A DNA stretch of 42,660 nucleotides from Callorhinchus milii (taxonomy: Eukaryota), in contig NW_024705460.1 in the NCBI RefSeq assembly GCF_018977255.1, positions 1 through 42,660 of the forward strand. The letters run 5' to 3'. The notes under the pieces are model-generated. The model ran no database searches and was not told where the DNA came from. It saw only the letters and a list, made by a program, of their open reading frames with translations. Below, piece by piece: positions 12,062-22,187 of the stretch. The position numbers and the translations under genes were made by a program. How positions within the stretch are numbered: position 1 is the first letter of the stretch; every line of letters starts with the position of its first letter.

Positions 12062-12408
12062 TTTTTAAATCCTTTATATTAAGTTCGCTTGCTTGCGTGC
12101 TTGCTTGCTTACGACCGTGCAAATCTTTCGGTCGTTTTTTAACGCACTTCCCGTGATCCAATCGAGATGACATTTTGGCACACACAAGACTCGTTGTGCG
12201 TGACAATTAATGTTCGTGAAAATTTTTTTCCAAAATTTTACACTGTTTAGGGAAAACAAATTAAATATTTAATTACCAATTGCTTAATACTGGCAGACAA
12301 TCATCTGACCCATAGGTGGCAGCCATCTCAAGCCAGAGGACGAGAGGACTCTAGCCGCCACGCATATAAAGGATTTAGAGTGAAAAACTTTGTTTTTACG
12401 GGTTATAC
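12062..12408 (+). mobile_element. DINE-1/HINE-like element
   Basis: ttttaaatcctttatat-(GCTT)n-core gatccaatcgagatgacattttggcacaca...atataaaggattta, then hairpin aaaaactttgttttt and acgggttata. Confidence 0.62.
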
Positions 12409-12663
12409 TTATTACGAGAAAAACCCAGACCAGCGGGAACGTTTAGCGCCTTCTTAGCATTAGGCCTCAAGTTACCGTCATGTCAAATGAAGACTTTCTT
12501 TTACAATTTGTAATTTACCGAAATAAGTTGTTGATCAAATGAATGTATGTTTCGATTTAAAGCTTCTTTCGTGACTGCAGGGATTCATCTTCTTGGTTCT
12601 TTCGGTAAAGTCGTCACGTAGAAGGGAATAAAATAATAAAAATAAAACACAATAAAATTATTC

Positions 12664-12706
12664 TCACGACGTTTCGGCCACAATGCAAGCAGCCGTCCTC
12701 AGGTGA
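12664..12706 (-). ncRNA. Minimal type I hammerhead ribozyme (subfamily A)
   Basis: Reverse complement of the 12795-12837 motif with a single change in loop II. Confidence 0.75.
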
Positions 12707-12794
12707 AGACCAGGTCTGTCGAGGCGACAGAGTCTGAATGAAACAGCACACGAGCTTGTTTCATTCAGACGCTGTCTCCCCGACAGACCTGGTT

Positions 12795-12837
12795 TCACCT
12801 GAGGACGGCTGCTTGCGTTGTGGCCGAAACGTCGTGA
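12795..12837 (+). ncRNA. Minimal type I hammerhead ribozyme (subfamily A)
   Basis: UCAC-CUGAGGA-C-GGCUGC uugcguu GUGGCC-GAAA-CGUC/GUGA. Contains the CUGANGA and GAAA core, a 6-bp stem II, palindromic ACGU stem III, a GUC site (predicted cut after 12833) and stem I UCAC:GUGA. Confidence 0.78.
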
Positions 12838-13265
12838 GAATTATTTTATTTTATTATGTTTTATTTTTATTATTTTATTACTTCCATTCTACGTGGCTTT
12901 ACCGAAAGAACCAAGAAGATGAATGTATGTTTGTTCTGTTCTGTATATACATGGACACAGTTCAACATTCAAAGCATTACAAGGGACAAGATCCTCTAAA
13001 TGCAATGGGTTTTATTCCGCTGTTTGGCTGTTACAAGCAGGCACGGAGTAACAAACGCAGTCACTCATGAGCCCCGTATTGAGACCGCTTCGAATCCCGC
13101 CTTGGCACAGTAATGAACAATGTCACCCAATTCTATCAAACGTGGCGTCCAACGTTTTGCTCAACGTGCCGTTGTCAGGTGCTGCTAGCCCACATCATCG
13201 TCTGTTGTAACGAGAATGTTGTATAGATTGTCGGAGTCACTCGCTGGACATCTTTGGGGGAAAAA

Positions 13266-15829
13266 TGAATGAGTGGGTGAGTGAGTGAGCGGGTGAGTAA
13301 GCGGGTGAGTTAGTGGGTGAATGAGTGAGCGGGTGAGTGAGCGGGTGAGTGAGCGGGTGAGTAAGCGGGTGAATTAGTGAGTGGGTGAGTGAATGAGTGG
13401 GTCAGTGAGTAAGTGGGTAGGTGTGGGGGTGAGTGAGTGGGTGAGTGTGTGGGTGAATGGCTGGGTGAGTGAATTGATGAGTGGGTGGGTGGAGGAGTGA
13501 GTGGGTGAGTAAGCGGGTGAGTTAGTGGGTGAGTGAGTGAGTGGGTCAGTGAGTTAGTGAGTGGGTGAGTGAGTGGGTGAGTGAGTAAGTGGGTAAGTGT
13601 GGGGGTGAGTGAGTGGGTGAGTGTGTGTGTGAATGGCTGGGTGAGTGAATCGATGGGTGGGTGGGTGGAGGAGTGAGTGGGTGAGTAAGTGTCTGGGTGA
13701 GTTAGTGAGTGGGTGAGTGAGTGGGTCAGTGAGTTAGTGAGTGGGTGAGTGAGTGGGTCAGTGAGTAAGTGGGTAGGTGTGGGGGTGAGTGGGTGAGTGT
13801 GTGGGTGAATGGCTGGATGAGTGAATCGATGAGTGGGTGGAGGAGTGAGTGGGTGAGTGAGTGTCTGGGTGAGTTAGTGAGTGGGTGAGTTAGTGAGTGG
13901 GTGAGTAAGTGGGTCAGTGAGTAAGTGGGTAAGTGTGGGGGTGAGTGAATGGGTGAGTGTGTGGGTGAATGGCTGGGTGAGTGAATCGATGAGTGGGTGG
14001 GTGGAAGAGTGAGTGGGTGAGTGAGTGTCTGGGTGAGTTAGTGAGTGGGTGAGTAAGCGGGTGAGTTAGTGAGTGGGTGAGTGAGTGTCTGGGTGGAGGA
14101 GTGAGTGGGTGAGTGAGTGTCTGGGTGAGTTAGTGGGTGAGTGAGTGGGTGGGTGAGTTAGTGGGTGAGTGTCTGGGTGAGTTAGTGAGTGGGTGAGTGA
14201 GTGGGTCAGTGAGTAAGTGGGTAAGTGTGGGGGTGAGTGAGTGGGTGAGTGTGTGGGTGAGTGTGGGGGGTGGGTGGGGGGGTGGGGTGGGTGAGTGTCT
14301 GGGTGAGTTAGTGAGTGGGTGAGTGGGTCAGTGAGTAAGTGGGTAAGTGTGGGGGTGAGTGAGTGGGTGAGTGTGTGGGTGAATGGCTGGGTGAGTGAAT
14401 CGATGAGTGGGTGGGTGGAGGAGTGAGTGGGTGAGTGCGGGTGAGTTAGTGAGTGGGTGAGTGGGTCAGTGAGTAAGTGGGTAGGTGTGGGGGTGAGTGA
14501 GTGGGTGAGTGTGTGGGTGAATGGCTGGGTGAGTGAATGATGAGTGGGTGGGTGGAGGAGTGAGTGGGTGAGTAAGCGGGTGAGTTGTGGGTGAGTGTGA
14601 GTGGGTCAGTGAGTAAGTGGGTAGGTGTGGGGGTGAGTGGGGAGGTGAGTGAGTGGGTGAATGGCTGGGTGAGTGAATTGATGAGTGGGTGGGTGGAGGA
14701 GTGAGTGGGTGAGTGAGTGTCTGGGTGAGTTAGTGAGTGGGTCAGTGAGTAAGTGGGTAGGTGTGGGGGTGAGTGGGGAGGTGAGTGAGTGGGTGAATGG
14801 CTGGGTGAGTGAATTGATGAGTGGGTGGGTGGAGGAGTGAGTGGGTGAGTGAGTGTCTGGGTGAGTTAGTGAGTGGGTCAGTGAGTAAGTGGGTAGTGTG
14901 GGGGTGAGTGGGGGTGAGTGAGTGGGTGAATGGCTGGGTGAGTGAATCGATGAGTGGGTGGGTGGAGGAGTGAGTGGGTGAGTGAGTGTATGGGTGAGTT
15001 AGTGGGTGAGTGAGTGGGTGAGTGAGTGTCTGGGTGAGTTAGTGAGTGGGTGAGTTAGTGGGTGAGTAAGCGGGTGAGTTAGTGAGTGGGTGAGTGTCTG
15101 GGTGAGTTAGTGAGTGGGTGAGTGAGTGGGTCAGTGAGTAAGTGGGTAGGTGTGGGGGTGAGTGAGTGGGTGAGTGGGTGAGTGTCTGGGTGAGTGAATC
15201 GATGAGTGGGTGGAGGAGTGAGTGGGTGAGTGAGTGTCTGGGTGAGTTAGTGGGTGAGTGAGTGGGTCAGTGAGTAAGTGGGTAAGTGTGGGGGTGAGTG
15301 AGTGGGTGAGTGTGTGGGTGAATGGCTGGGTGAGTGAATCGATGAGTGGGTGGGTGGAGGAGTGAATGGGTGAGTGTCTGGGTGAGTTAGTGAGTGGGTG
15401 AGTGAGTGTCTGGGTGAGTTAGTGAGTGGGTGAGTGAGTGTCTGGTTGAGTTAGTGAGTGGGTGGGTGAGTGTCTGGGTGAGTTAGTGAGTGGGTGAGTG
15501 AGTGTCTGGGTGAGTTAGGTGAGTGGAGTGGGGTGAGTGTCTGGGTGAGTTAGTGAGTGGGTGAGTGAGTGTCTGGGTGAGTTAGTGAGTGGGTGAGTGA
15601 GTGTCTGGGTGAGTTAGTGAGTGGGTGAGTGAGTGTCTGGGTGAGTTAGTGAGTGGGTGAGTGTCTGGGTGAGTTAGTAAGTGGGTGAGTGTCTGGGTGA
15701 GTTAGTGAGTGGGTGAGTGAGTGTCTGGGTGAGTTAGTGAGTGGGTGAGTGAGTGTCTGGGTGAGTTAGTGAGTGGGTGAGTGAGTGTCTGGGTGAGTTA
15801 GTGAGTGGGTGAGTGAGTGTCTGGGTGAG
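13266..15829 (+). repeat. GT-rich satellite (GTGA/GGGT based), ~2.56 kb
   Basis: Higher-order units contain gaatggctgggtgagtgaatcgatg. The right end is homogenised to a 32-bp unit, gtctgggtgagttagtgagtgggtgagtgagt. Confidence 0.95.
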
Positions 15830-17148
15830 GATGTTCATCTCTGGGTCTCTATTCCCACCCTCCTGCTCCCTCACTTCCTCCCCCACGCGGTTTAAACGAC
15901 AAAACCCGTGCTAGTGTCTCAGCAGCGCCGGCTAGGTCTATCGCCATCTGATCTCTCAGGCCTCCCTCCATCCCTCCCCGGCATCCCTGCCTCTCCCCCC
16001 CTCCTCCCTCCCCTCCCTGCCTCTCCCCCTGCCCTCCCCTCCCCTCGCTGTCTCTCGTTCTGCTTTCGACCTCTCTCTCTCTGGCCACCACGGCCTGTCT
16101 GCCCCTTTCAAATCTGTCCCGATCTACTGCCCGACCCACCACTCTCATGGTTCTGCATCTTGCCCCCTCTCTGTCCCACCTGGCCCTCTCCGCGTCCTGC
16201 CTCTGCTGCTCTCTCCCGCCATCGGCGCGCACCGCACGCTCTGCCCCCGGCGCGTCGCGCGGTCCCTTGTCTCTCCCTTCGTGCAAATGTCGAGGCCCCT
16301 CTCTGCCTTGACCTCTACTCCCCCCTGGCTCTCCGCTTGCCCCTCTCTCCATCGAAGCTTCTCCGGTTGAGCTTCTTTCTGCCCGAGCGACGGTCGGCAG
16401 TGCAGGGGCGCAAACCTGGAACGTCACAACCGTCACCGCCATCAGCGTCAACCACCATCAGTATAACCACCATCAGCGTCAACCACCATCAGCGTCAACC
16501 ACCATCAGTATAACCACCATCAGCGTTTCACAAGCATTGCGAAGGGAGGGAATGAACGTGGTCGAGAACACCCGAAACTTTGTGTGGGGCGACAGACCAG
16601 GCAGCGTCGCACGGTGTTATTTATGCAGCCGTTGAAAAGTAAAATTCAGCTCGACCGATTCGGAGCGAGACCTCTGCTGTCAAAGCGGAGGTGGTCATAA
16701 TCGCGCTGCCCAGGTGTGGAAAATTCTCCACAACTGCCCCGTCACCAACGGGGAGTTGAGGGGGTGGATTGTTTGATGGCATAAAATACCAAGGCAGGTG
16801 CTTCGTTTTGGTGTCAAGCGACAGACCAGGTAGCTTCCACACAGCAGCATTACGCAGCTGATGAAAAGATATTGCCGCTCGATTGATTCGGAGTGAGACC
16901 TCTGCTGTCAAACTGGAGCTGGTCATGAGCACACTGCCCAGGTATAATGGGAAACTCTCCACTCTCTCCACAACTGCCCCATCACCGATTGAGAGTTGTG
17001 GGGGTGGAGTGTCTGATGGCACAAAATACCCAGGCAGGTGCTTAGTTTTGGTGGGTCTGATGGTAAAGCCCCACCTCCTAGTGGCACACTCCAGTCTCAG
17101 CAGCAGCGCCTCCAACTCCTCCTCTGAGTGAGCAGCAATTACCAGATC

Positions 17149-17335
17149 CATCTTCTTGGTTCTTTCGGTAAAGTCACCTGAGGACGGCTGCTTGCGTTGT
17201 GGCCCAAACATCGTGAGAATTATTTTATTTTATTATGTTTTGTTTTTATTATTTTATTACTTCCCTTCTACGTGATGAGTTTACCGAAAGAACCAAGAAG
17301 ATGAATCCCTGCAGTCACGAAAGCTTTAAATCGAA
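17149..17335. mobile_element. Penelope-like fold-back insertion, subfamily A, inserted in an RTE LINE
   Basis: TSD aattaccagatc at 17137-17148 and 17336-17347. RTE homology resumes across the insertion. The hammerhead is mutated (GAAA to CAAA). Confidence 0.78.
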
Positions 17336-17533
17336 AATTACCAGATCATCGGAATACGTAACTTCATTGAGCAATAGGGAGCCATCCCTCTACCGCACCC
17401 GGGCATCGATCAGCCTCCCACTTGGTCTGTTACAGATGGAGATTCCGATTTAAAGCTTTCGTGACTGCAGGGATTCATCTTCTTGGTTCTTTCGGTAAAG
17501 TCACGTAGAAGGAAAATAATAAAATAATAATAA

Positions 17534-18226
17534 GTATAACCCGTAAAAACAAAGTTTTTCACTATAAATCCTTTATATGCGTGGCATCGGCTAGAGTCCT
17601 CTCGTCCTCTGGCTTGAGATGGCTGCCACCTATGGGTCAGATGATTGTCTGCCAGTATTAAGCAATTGGTAATTAAATATTTAATTTGTTTTCCCTAAAC
17701 AGTGTAACATTTTGGAAAAAAATTTTCACGAACATTAATTGTCTCGCACAACGAGTCTGTGTGCAAAATGTCAGCTCGATTGGATCACGGGAAGTGGGTT
17801 AAAAAACGAGCGAAAGATTTGCACGGTCGTAAGCAAGCAAGCGAACTTAATATAAAGGATTTAAAAATATATTCGCCTGTGGAGGACGCGGGGATCGATC
17901 CCGCGACCTTTGGCATGGGAAGCGAGGGCGCTACTAACTGCACTCCGCCACGGCCTGTGGAGGGTTACGCTCTGGGCTCTTACACTGTGACGTTCAGCCA
18001 AAGCCAAGAATGAGTTCTATTTGAATATATGTAAAATATTTTTTTTTGCCTAAAAAGTGTAAAATTTTGGGAATTGTTTTTCACGAACATTAATTGTCAC
18101 GCACAACGAGTCTGTGTGGAAAATGTCAGCTCGATTGGATCACGGGAAGTGGGTTAAAAAACGACCGAAAGATTTGCACGGTCCTAAGCAAGCAAGCAAG
18201 TGAACTTAATATAAAGGATTTAAAAA
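17534..18226 (-). mobile_element. Two DINE-1/HINE-like copies (17534-17866 complete, ~18046-18226 partial)
   Basis: Reverse-complement homology to 12062-12408. Confidence 0.62.
17879..17953 (-). other. Degenerate tRNA(Ala)-like sequence
   Basis: Minus strand ..ggtcgcgggatcgatccccgcgtcctcca resembles a tRNA-Ala T-arm and acceptor end. The acceptor stem does not pair, so this is not a functional tRNA. Confidence 0.45.
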
Positions 18227-18349
18227 AACGTGACTTTACCGAAAGAACCAAGAAATGGAGATTCCTCCGGTACAACCATGGAAGGCTTCACGAACTACGT
18301 GGTCAAGGGTAGTAGTAGGGTAGTGAGTGAGAATAGTGAGGGTGGCGAC

Positions 18350-18722
18350 TGAGTGAGGGTACTGATGAGGGTAGTGAGTGTGAGTGCGTGTAAGCGAGTG
18401 TTTCAGTGAGTGAGTGAGGGTACTGATGAGGGTAGTGAGTGTGAGTGAGTGTAAGCGAGTGTTTCAGTGAGTGAGTGAGGGTACTGATGAGGGTAGTGAG
18501 TATGAGTGAGTGTAAGCGAGTGTTTAGTGAGTGAGTGAGGGTACTGATGAGGGTAGTGAGTGTGAGTGAGTGTAAGCGAGTGTTTTAGTGAGTGAGTGAG
18601 GGTACTGATGAGGGTAGTGAGTACGAGTGCGTGTAAGCGAGTGTTTCAGTGAGTGAGTGAGGGTACTGATGAGGGTAGCGAGTATGAGTGAGTGTAAGCG
18701 AGTGTTTCAGTGAGTGAGTGAG
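18350..18722 (+). repeat. Minisatellite, ~61-bp unit x6
   Basis: actgatgagggtag recurs at 18361, 18422, 18483, 18543, 18604 and 18665. Confidence 0.92.
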
Positions 18723-19524
18723 GAGCGACAAAATCACTCACACCGAGTCTTGGCTCAACGGCGTTCCGAACTCCTGGGGAGTTCACACAGAGGCCTGAGG
18801 AGGAGAGAGCGAGAAAACGAAGTCATTTGAGGCTGAGTCGACCTAGGGGAGGCCCAGGACAGGTTCAGATAATCGTCACTGATGTTGGCCGTGAGCGGGA
18901 AAAAAAATGAAAGAAGCTTGGAGAGGTGCATGCTGGGAATTCCACCGAGAGACGGAACGAAGAACGCGCGGACTTCAGAGCGCGCAGGTTCATGGAATCG
19001 TTCAAACTGTGGAAGCAGCGTGAGCCGGTTTGGGCAGCGCACGTCATGGCTCGAAGGACGACGGTCGATGGTCAAGGGTAGTTAAGGAGTGGCAACGCGT
19101 CCAAGAGGTACGACCACCGAGGGAGATGGAGCGATGGAATCAGCTCGCGTACCGATGCTGGGTGGATTGTCACATCGCGCCAGGATTGTGAGACATGGCG
19201 ACGGCCTGGGCAGGCCTTAATCCAGCAGTGGATTGATCACCGCCGATGATGAAGATGATGAAGCCAGTGCTGGTGCTGCTGAGGCCAGTTCATCTGGCAG
19301 GGGGGCGGGTGGTGGCGCTTCGCTCACCTCGGCTCACCCTCCACTCACCCCGTCTCTCGACCAATCAGGGACACACACAACGGTCAACAGGTCGCGCACA
19401 AGTGGAGGGCGGCTGCTCCCGAGAGACGCGAGCCGCCGAGAGGCTCCGGCTAATCGCCGCTTCGCGCACTCGCGGCACGGCGCTTCAATGGCGGCCCCGG
19501 CGCCTCGTTTGCAAAACAAGGGCA

Positions 19525-20097
19525 GAGAAACACCCCCCACCGTGTCGCTCCGCAGACTGTTGGGGCAAGTGCTGTGACGGGGCGTCTTTGAAGGACGACG
19601 CACGTCGCGCGAAGAGGTTGGTTTTGTGTTACAGAGACCTCGCCCGCCCGCCCGCCCGCCTGTCTCCCGCAGTGATGATTTTGACACACCGCACCGGGTA
19701 CTCGTTTTAGGTTGAGGCGACCTAGGGGAAGCCCATGAGCGGTTCAGATAATCGTTAATGGTGAGTGGGATCGTAGCCCAGCGCGCTAACCACTGCGACA
19801 CCGCTCCCTCCCAATCCCTCGAAGACAAAGATCCCCGTGTAGCCTTAACAGACTGTAGGGGCAAGTGCTGCTGGCGAGTAGCACCTATGAAGACCGGAAC
19901 GGCACACGGGCCGGGGGGATAACCAACACCACACTCGGCCGCCTTTGTCTCCCTTGTGGCGATGTTTTAAACATTGCACCATTTAAGATGAATCAACCTA
20001 CGGTAAGTGCCCTGAACCGTTTCAGATGATTCATCACGGTGTTAACGTGAGCGGAAATCGTAGCGCAGTGCGCTAACCACAAGCGCCACCACTCCCC
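19525..20097 (-). mobile_element. Two tandem family S SINE copies (duplicated at ~27263-27836)
   Basis: Each contains cagactgt(t/a)ggggcaagtgctg...gcgctaaccac. Confidence 0.7.
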
Positions 20098-21895
20098 CCT
20101 CCCTCCACACGCACACACTGCACTTGCTGAATTGCTTTAGCGAGCATCGATTTTGGTTGCCGGCCTTGGAGGATTGTTGCATTCGGTGTTATTGTCGTTT
20201 TGCTGGATGTGAGTAGATTAGGAACCACTTAAAGTGGGGCGACCTCATCGACGCGAGCACACGCGGTCAGTGGCCGTGCGGTGGCCACGAAGCCTCGGCC
20301 ACGGCCGCAGGTGGCGAGGGGGGGACTGGGGGGGGGCTCCTCCTCCTCCTCCTATCGCGGCGTTAATCACCGCCCCCACCCCCGCCCCACATCTGCCACC
20401 AGAGTTCTGGCACAACTACGCGAAATGCCAGTTTGCTTATTGTCATAGATTTTTTTTCCCTTCACAATTCCCATGGCTGAGCATTTAATGGGACTCTGTG
20501 ATCACGGAGAGCCAGTTTGGGGGTCCCCCCCCCTTCTTTTAAACATTTATACTGAGCGTGGAGGAAATTAAATCGATGGGAAGTTGGGCACCTGGACAGT
20601 TCTTTTGAGAAATGACCGAGTTCCGTCGCTCGATTCCATGAAGGGCGAGGGCCCGGCTTATGCTCTATGCATGTTGTACGCATGTTGTACGCATGTTGTA
20701 CGCATGTTGAACTTCTTTCGCACCGTACGTAGCCAACCGTGATAATCGGAGGTGCGGGGGAAGGACAACTAAACACAAACATCAGTTATAAAGAAATGAG
20801 TTTGTCAATCTAGATGATTTAAAAGTGCATAGCTCCAGTGGCTTCCTAATATCGGAGGGAAGAGCGTTCCAGACGGCCGCAGAAGCGCATCTGAAAGTGC
20901 GCAATGCGGTGACCGTCTTTGTTCGATGGCTCACCAAAAGCCGCTGCTGCGAGGATGACCGGACTTCGGTGATGGTTCTTGCCCCTTGACGAAATCAACG
21001 AGGTATTGTGGTGCATTTGTGGCAAGCACTTTGTGTTGTATGAGTGCATCCTCCATCTATTCCGTTCTGGTCTGTGGCCTGTTTATTAATGCAACATTCC
21101 ATAGCTGTTCTACGGAAATCACTTCATAGCTGTTCTACGGAAATCACTTCTTTGCTATGCACTTTAGACAAACACAGCCGACCTGAATTGAATGCTTTAG
21201 CAAAATAGAAAAACAGATTATTATAGAGAGGGAAAAAAATCAAACGAAATCTGATTTTAAAAGAACGCTGCACGGCCGTGGCGTGCGGGGGACATCCGGG
21301 AGATGCCGCCTACCCCTCCTCTCCTCCTCCTACTCCTCGAACATTCACCGTGGCGTGATATGAACGGAGTGACCGTTTTAAGCAAATTCGCACGCGCACA
21401 ACAATAATTAACACTGCGCCCCGGTCGAGAGCGAGCTAATCCCAATTAAAAGTAAAGAGCACGTGTCGATGAGGCTCTGATTGTAAACCAATCAAATTGC
21501 ATACACGTCAATCTAGTGATGTATTTCACGCGCATCCAGAGAATCGATCCAGTTCTCATCTCCACTCCAACCCTCTGGCTCCGCGCCACATCAATGCGGC
21601 CTCGCCATGTACACGAACGCATGAGCACACGTGCGCATGGGCACACATGCGCGTGGGCACACTAACACAAATACGATCCCTGCCTCCTCCCACCGGATAG
21701 CCTTATCAGACTGTTGGGGCAAGTGCTGTTCCCGAGCACCTATAAATACACACACGTATCCACGCACACGCCTACAGACACACACAAATGTAGACATACA
21801 CGCGCACACATATATATATAAAGATATAAATACATGTGCACGCAGACGAGGACACGCACACACCTACAAATACACACAGACGTAGACGTACACAA

Positions 21896-22187
21896 ATAAC
21901 CCCCCCCCCCCCCATATAGCCTGTACAGACTGTTGGGGCAAATGCTTTTAGCGAGCGCCTATGAAGGTCGGCACGGCACACGACGACGACCTCCTCATGT
22001 GCGTCCGGAGGCCTTCGATTGCCCAGCGCTGATGTTTACAACACCGCTGTACTCATTTCAGGCTCTGTCGACCTAGGGGAGACCCAGGACCAGTTCAGAA
22101 ATTCGTCACTGATGTTAGCTGCGATGGGCGAGAATCGAACTAGGTTCGGCAGGTTTGTAGCGTGGCGCGCTAACCACACCGCTCCCC
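21896..22187 (-). mobile_element. Family S SINE (duplicated at ~29643-29934)
   Basis: cagactgttggggcaaatgct...gtcgacctagggga...aatcgaac...gcgctaaccacaccgctccc. Confidence 0.72.

Larger units (their letters stand above)
12553..12918. mobile_element. Penelope-like fold-back insertion, subfamily A, with intact hammerheads on both strands
   Basis: Arms ~12584-12744 and ~12756-12923. TSD atgaatgtatgttt at 12539-12552 and 12919-12932. Confidence 0.82.
17447..18254. mobile_element. Penelope-like fold-back insertion, subfamily A, with nested Helentron-like elements
   Basis: TSD atggagattcc at 17436-17446 and 18255-18265. Left arm 17447-17530, right arm 18228-18254. Confidence 0.72.
16535..18306 (-). 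mobile_element. Second RTE LINE fragment, internally duplicated and interrupted by nested insertions
   Basis: Homologous to 10500-10998 in pieces at 16535-17148, 17336-17446 and 18255-18306. Motifs DLVIAAHSEEELEALL..RWGFTIRPTKTK..YLGS. Confidence 0.82.

Noticed and set aside
15849..16451. 200-aa ORFs on both strands with a possible minus-strand acceptor near 16415
   Set aside because: Low-complexity, purine/pyrimidine-biased sequence with no recognisable homology, so it cannot be supported as an exon.
18350..18722. Regularly spaced repeats containing CTGATGAG (CRISPR-like or hammerhead-like)
   Set aside because: Units are contiguous with no unique spacers, no cas genes and no GAAA or stems. 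This is an ordinary minisatellite.
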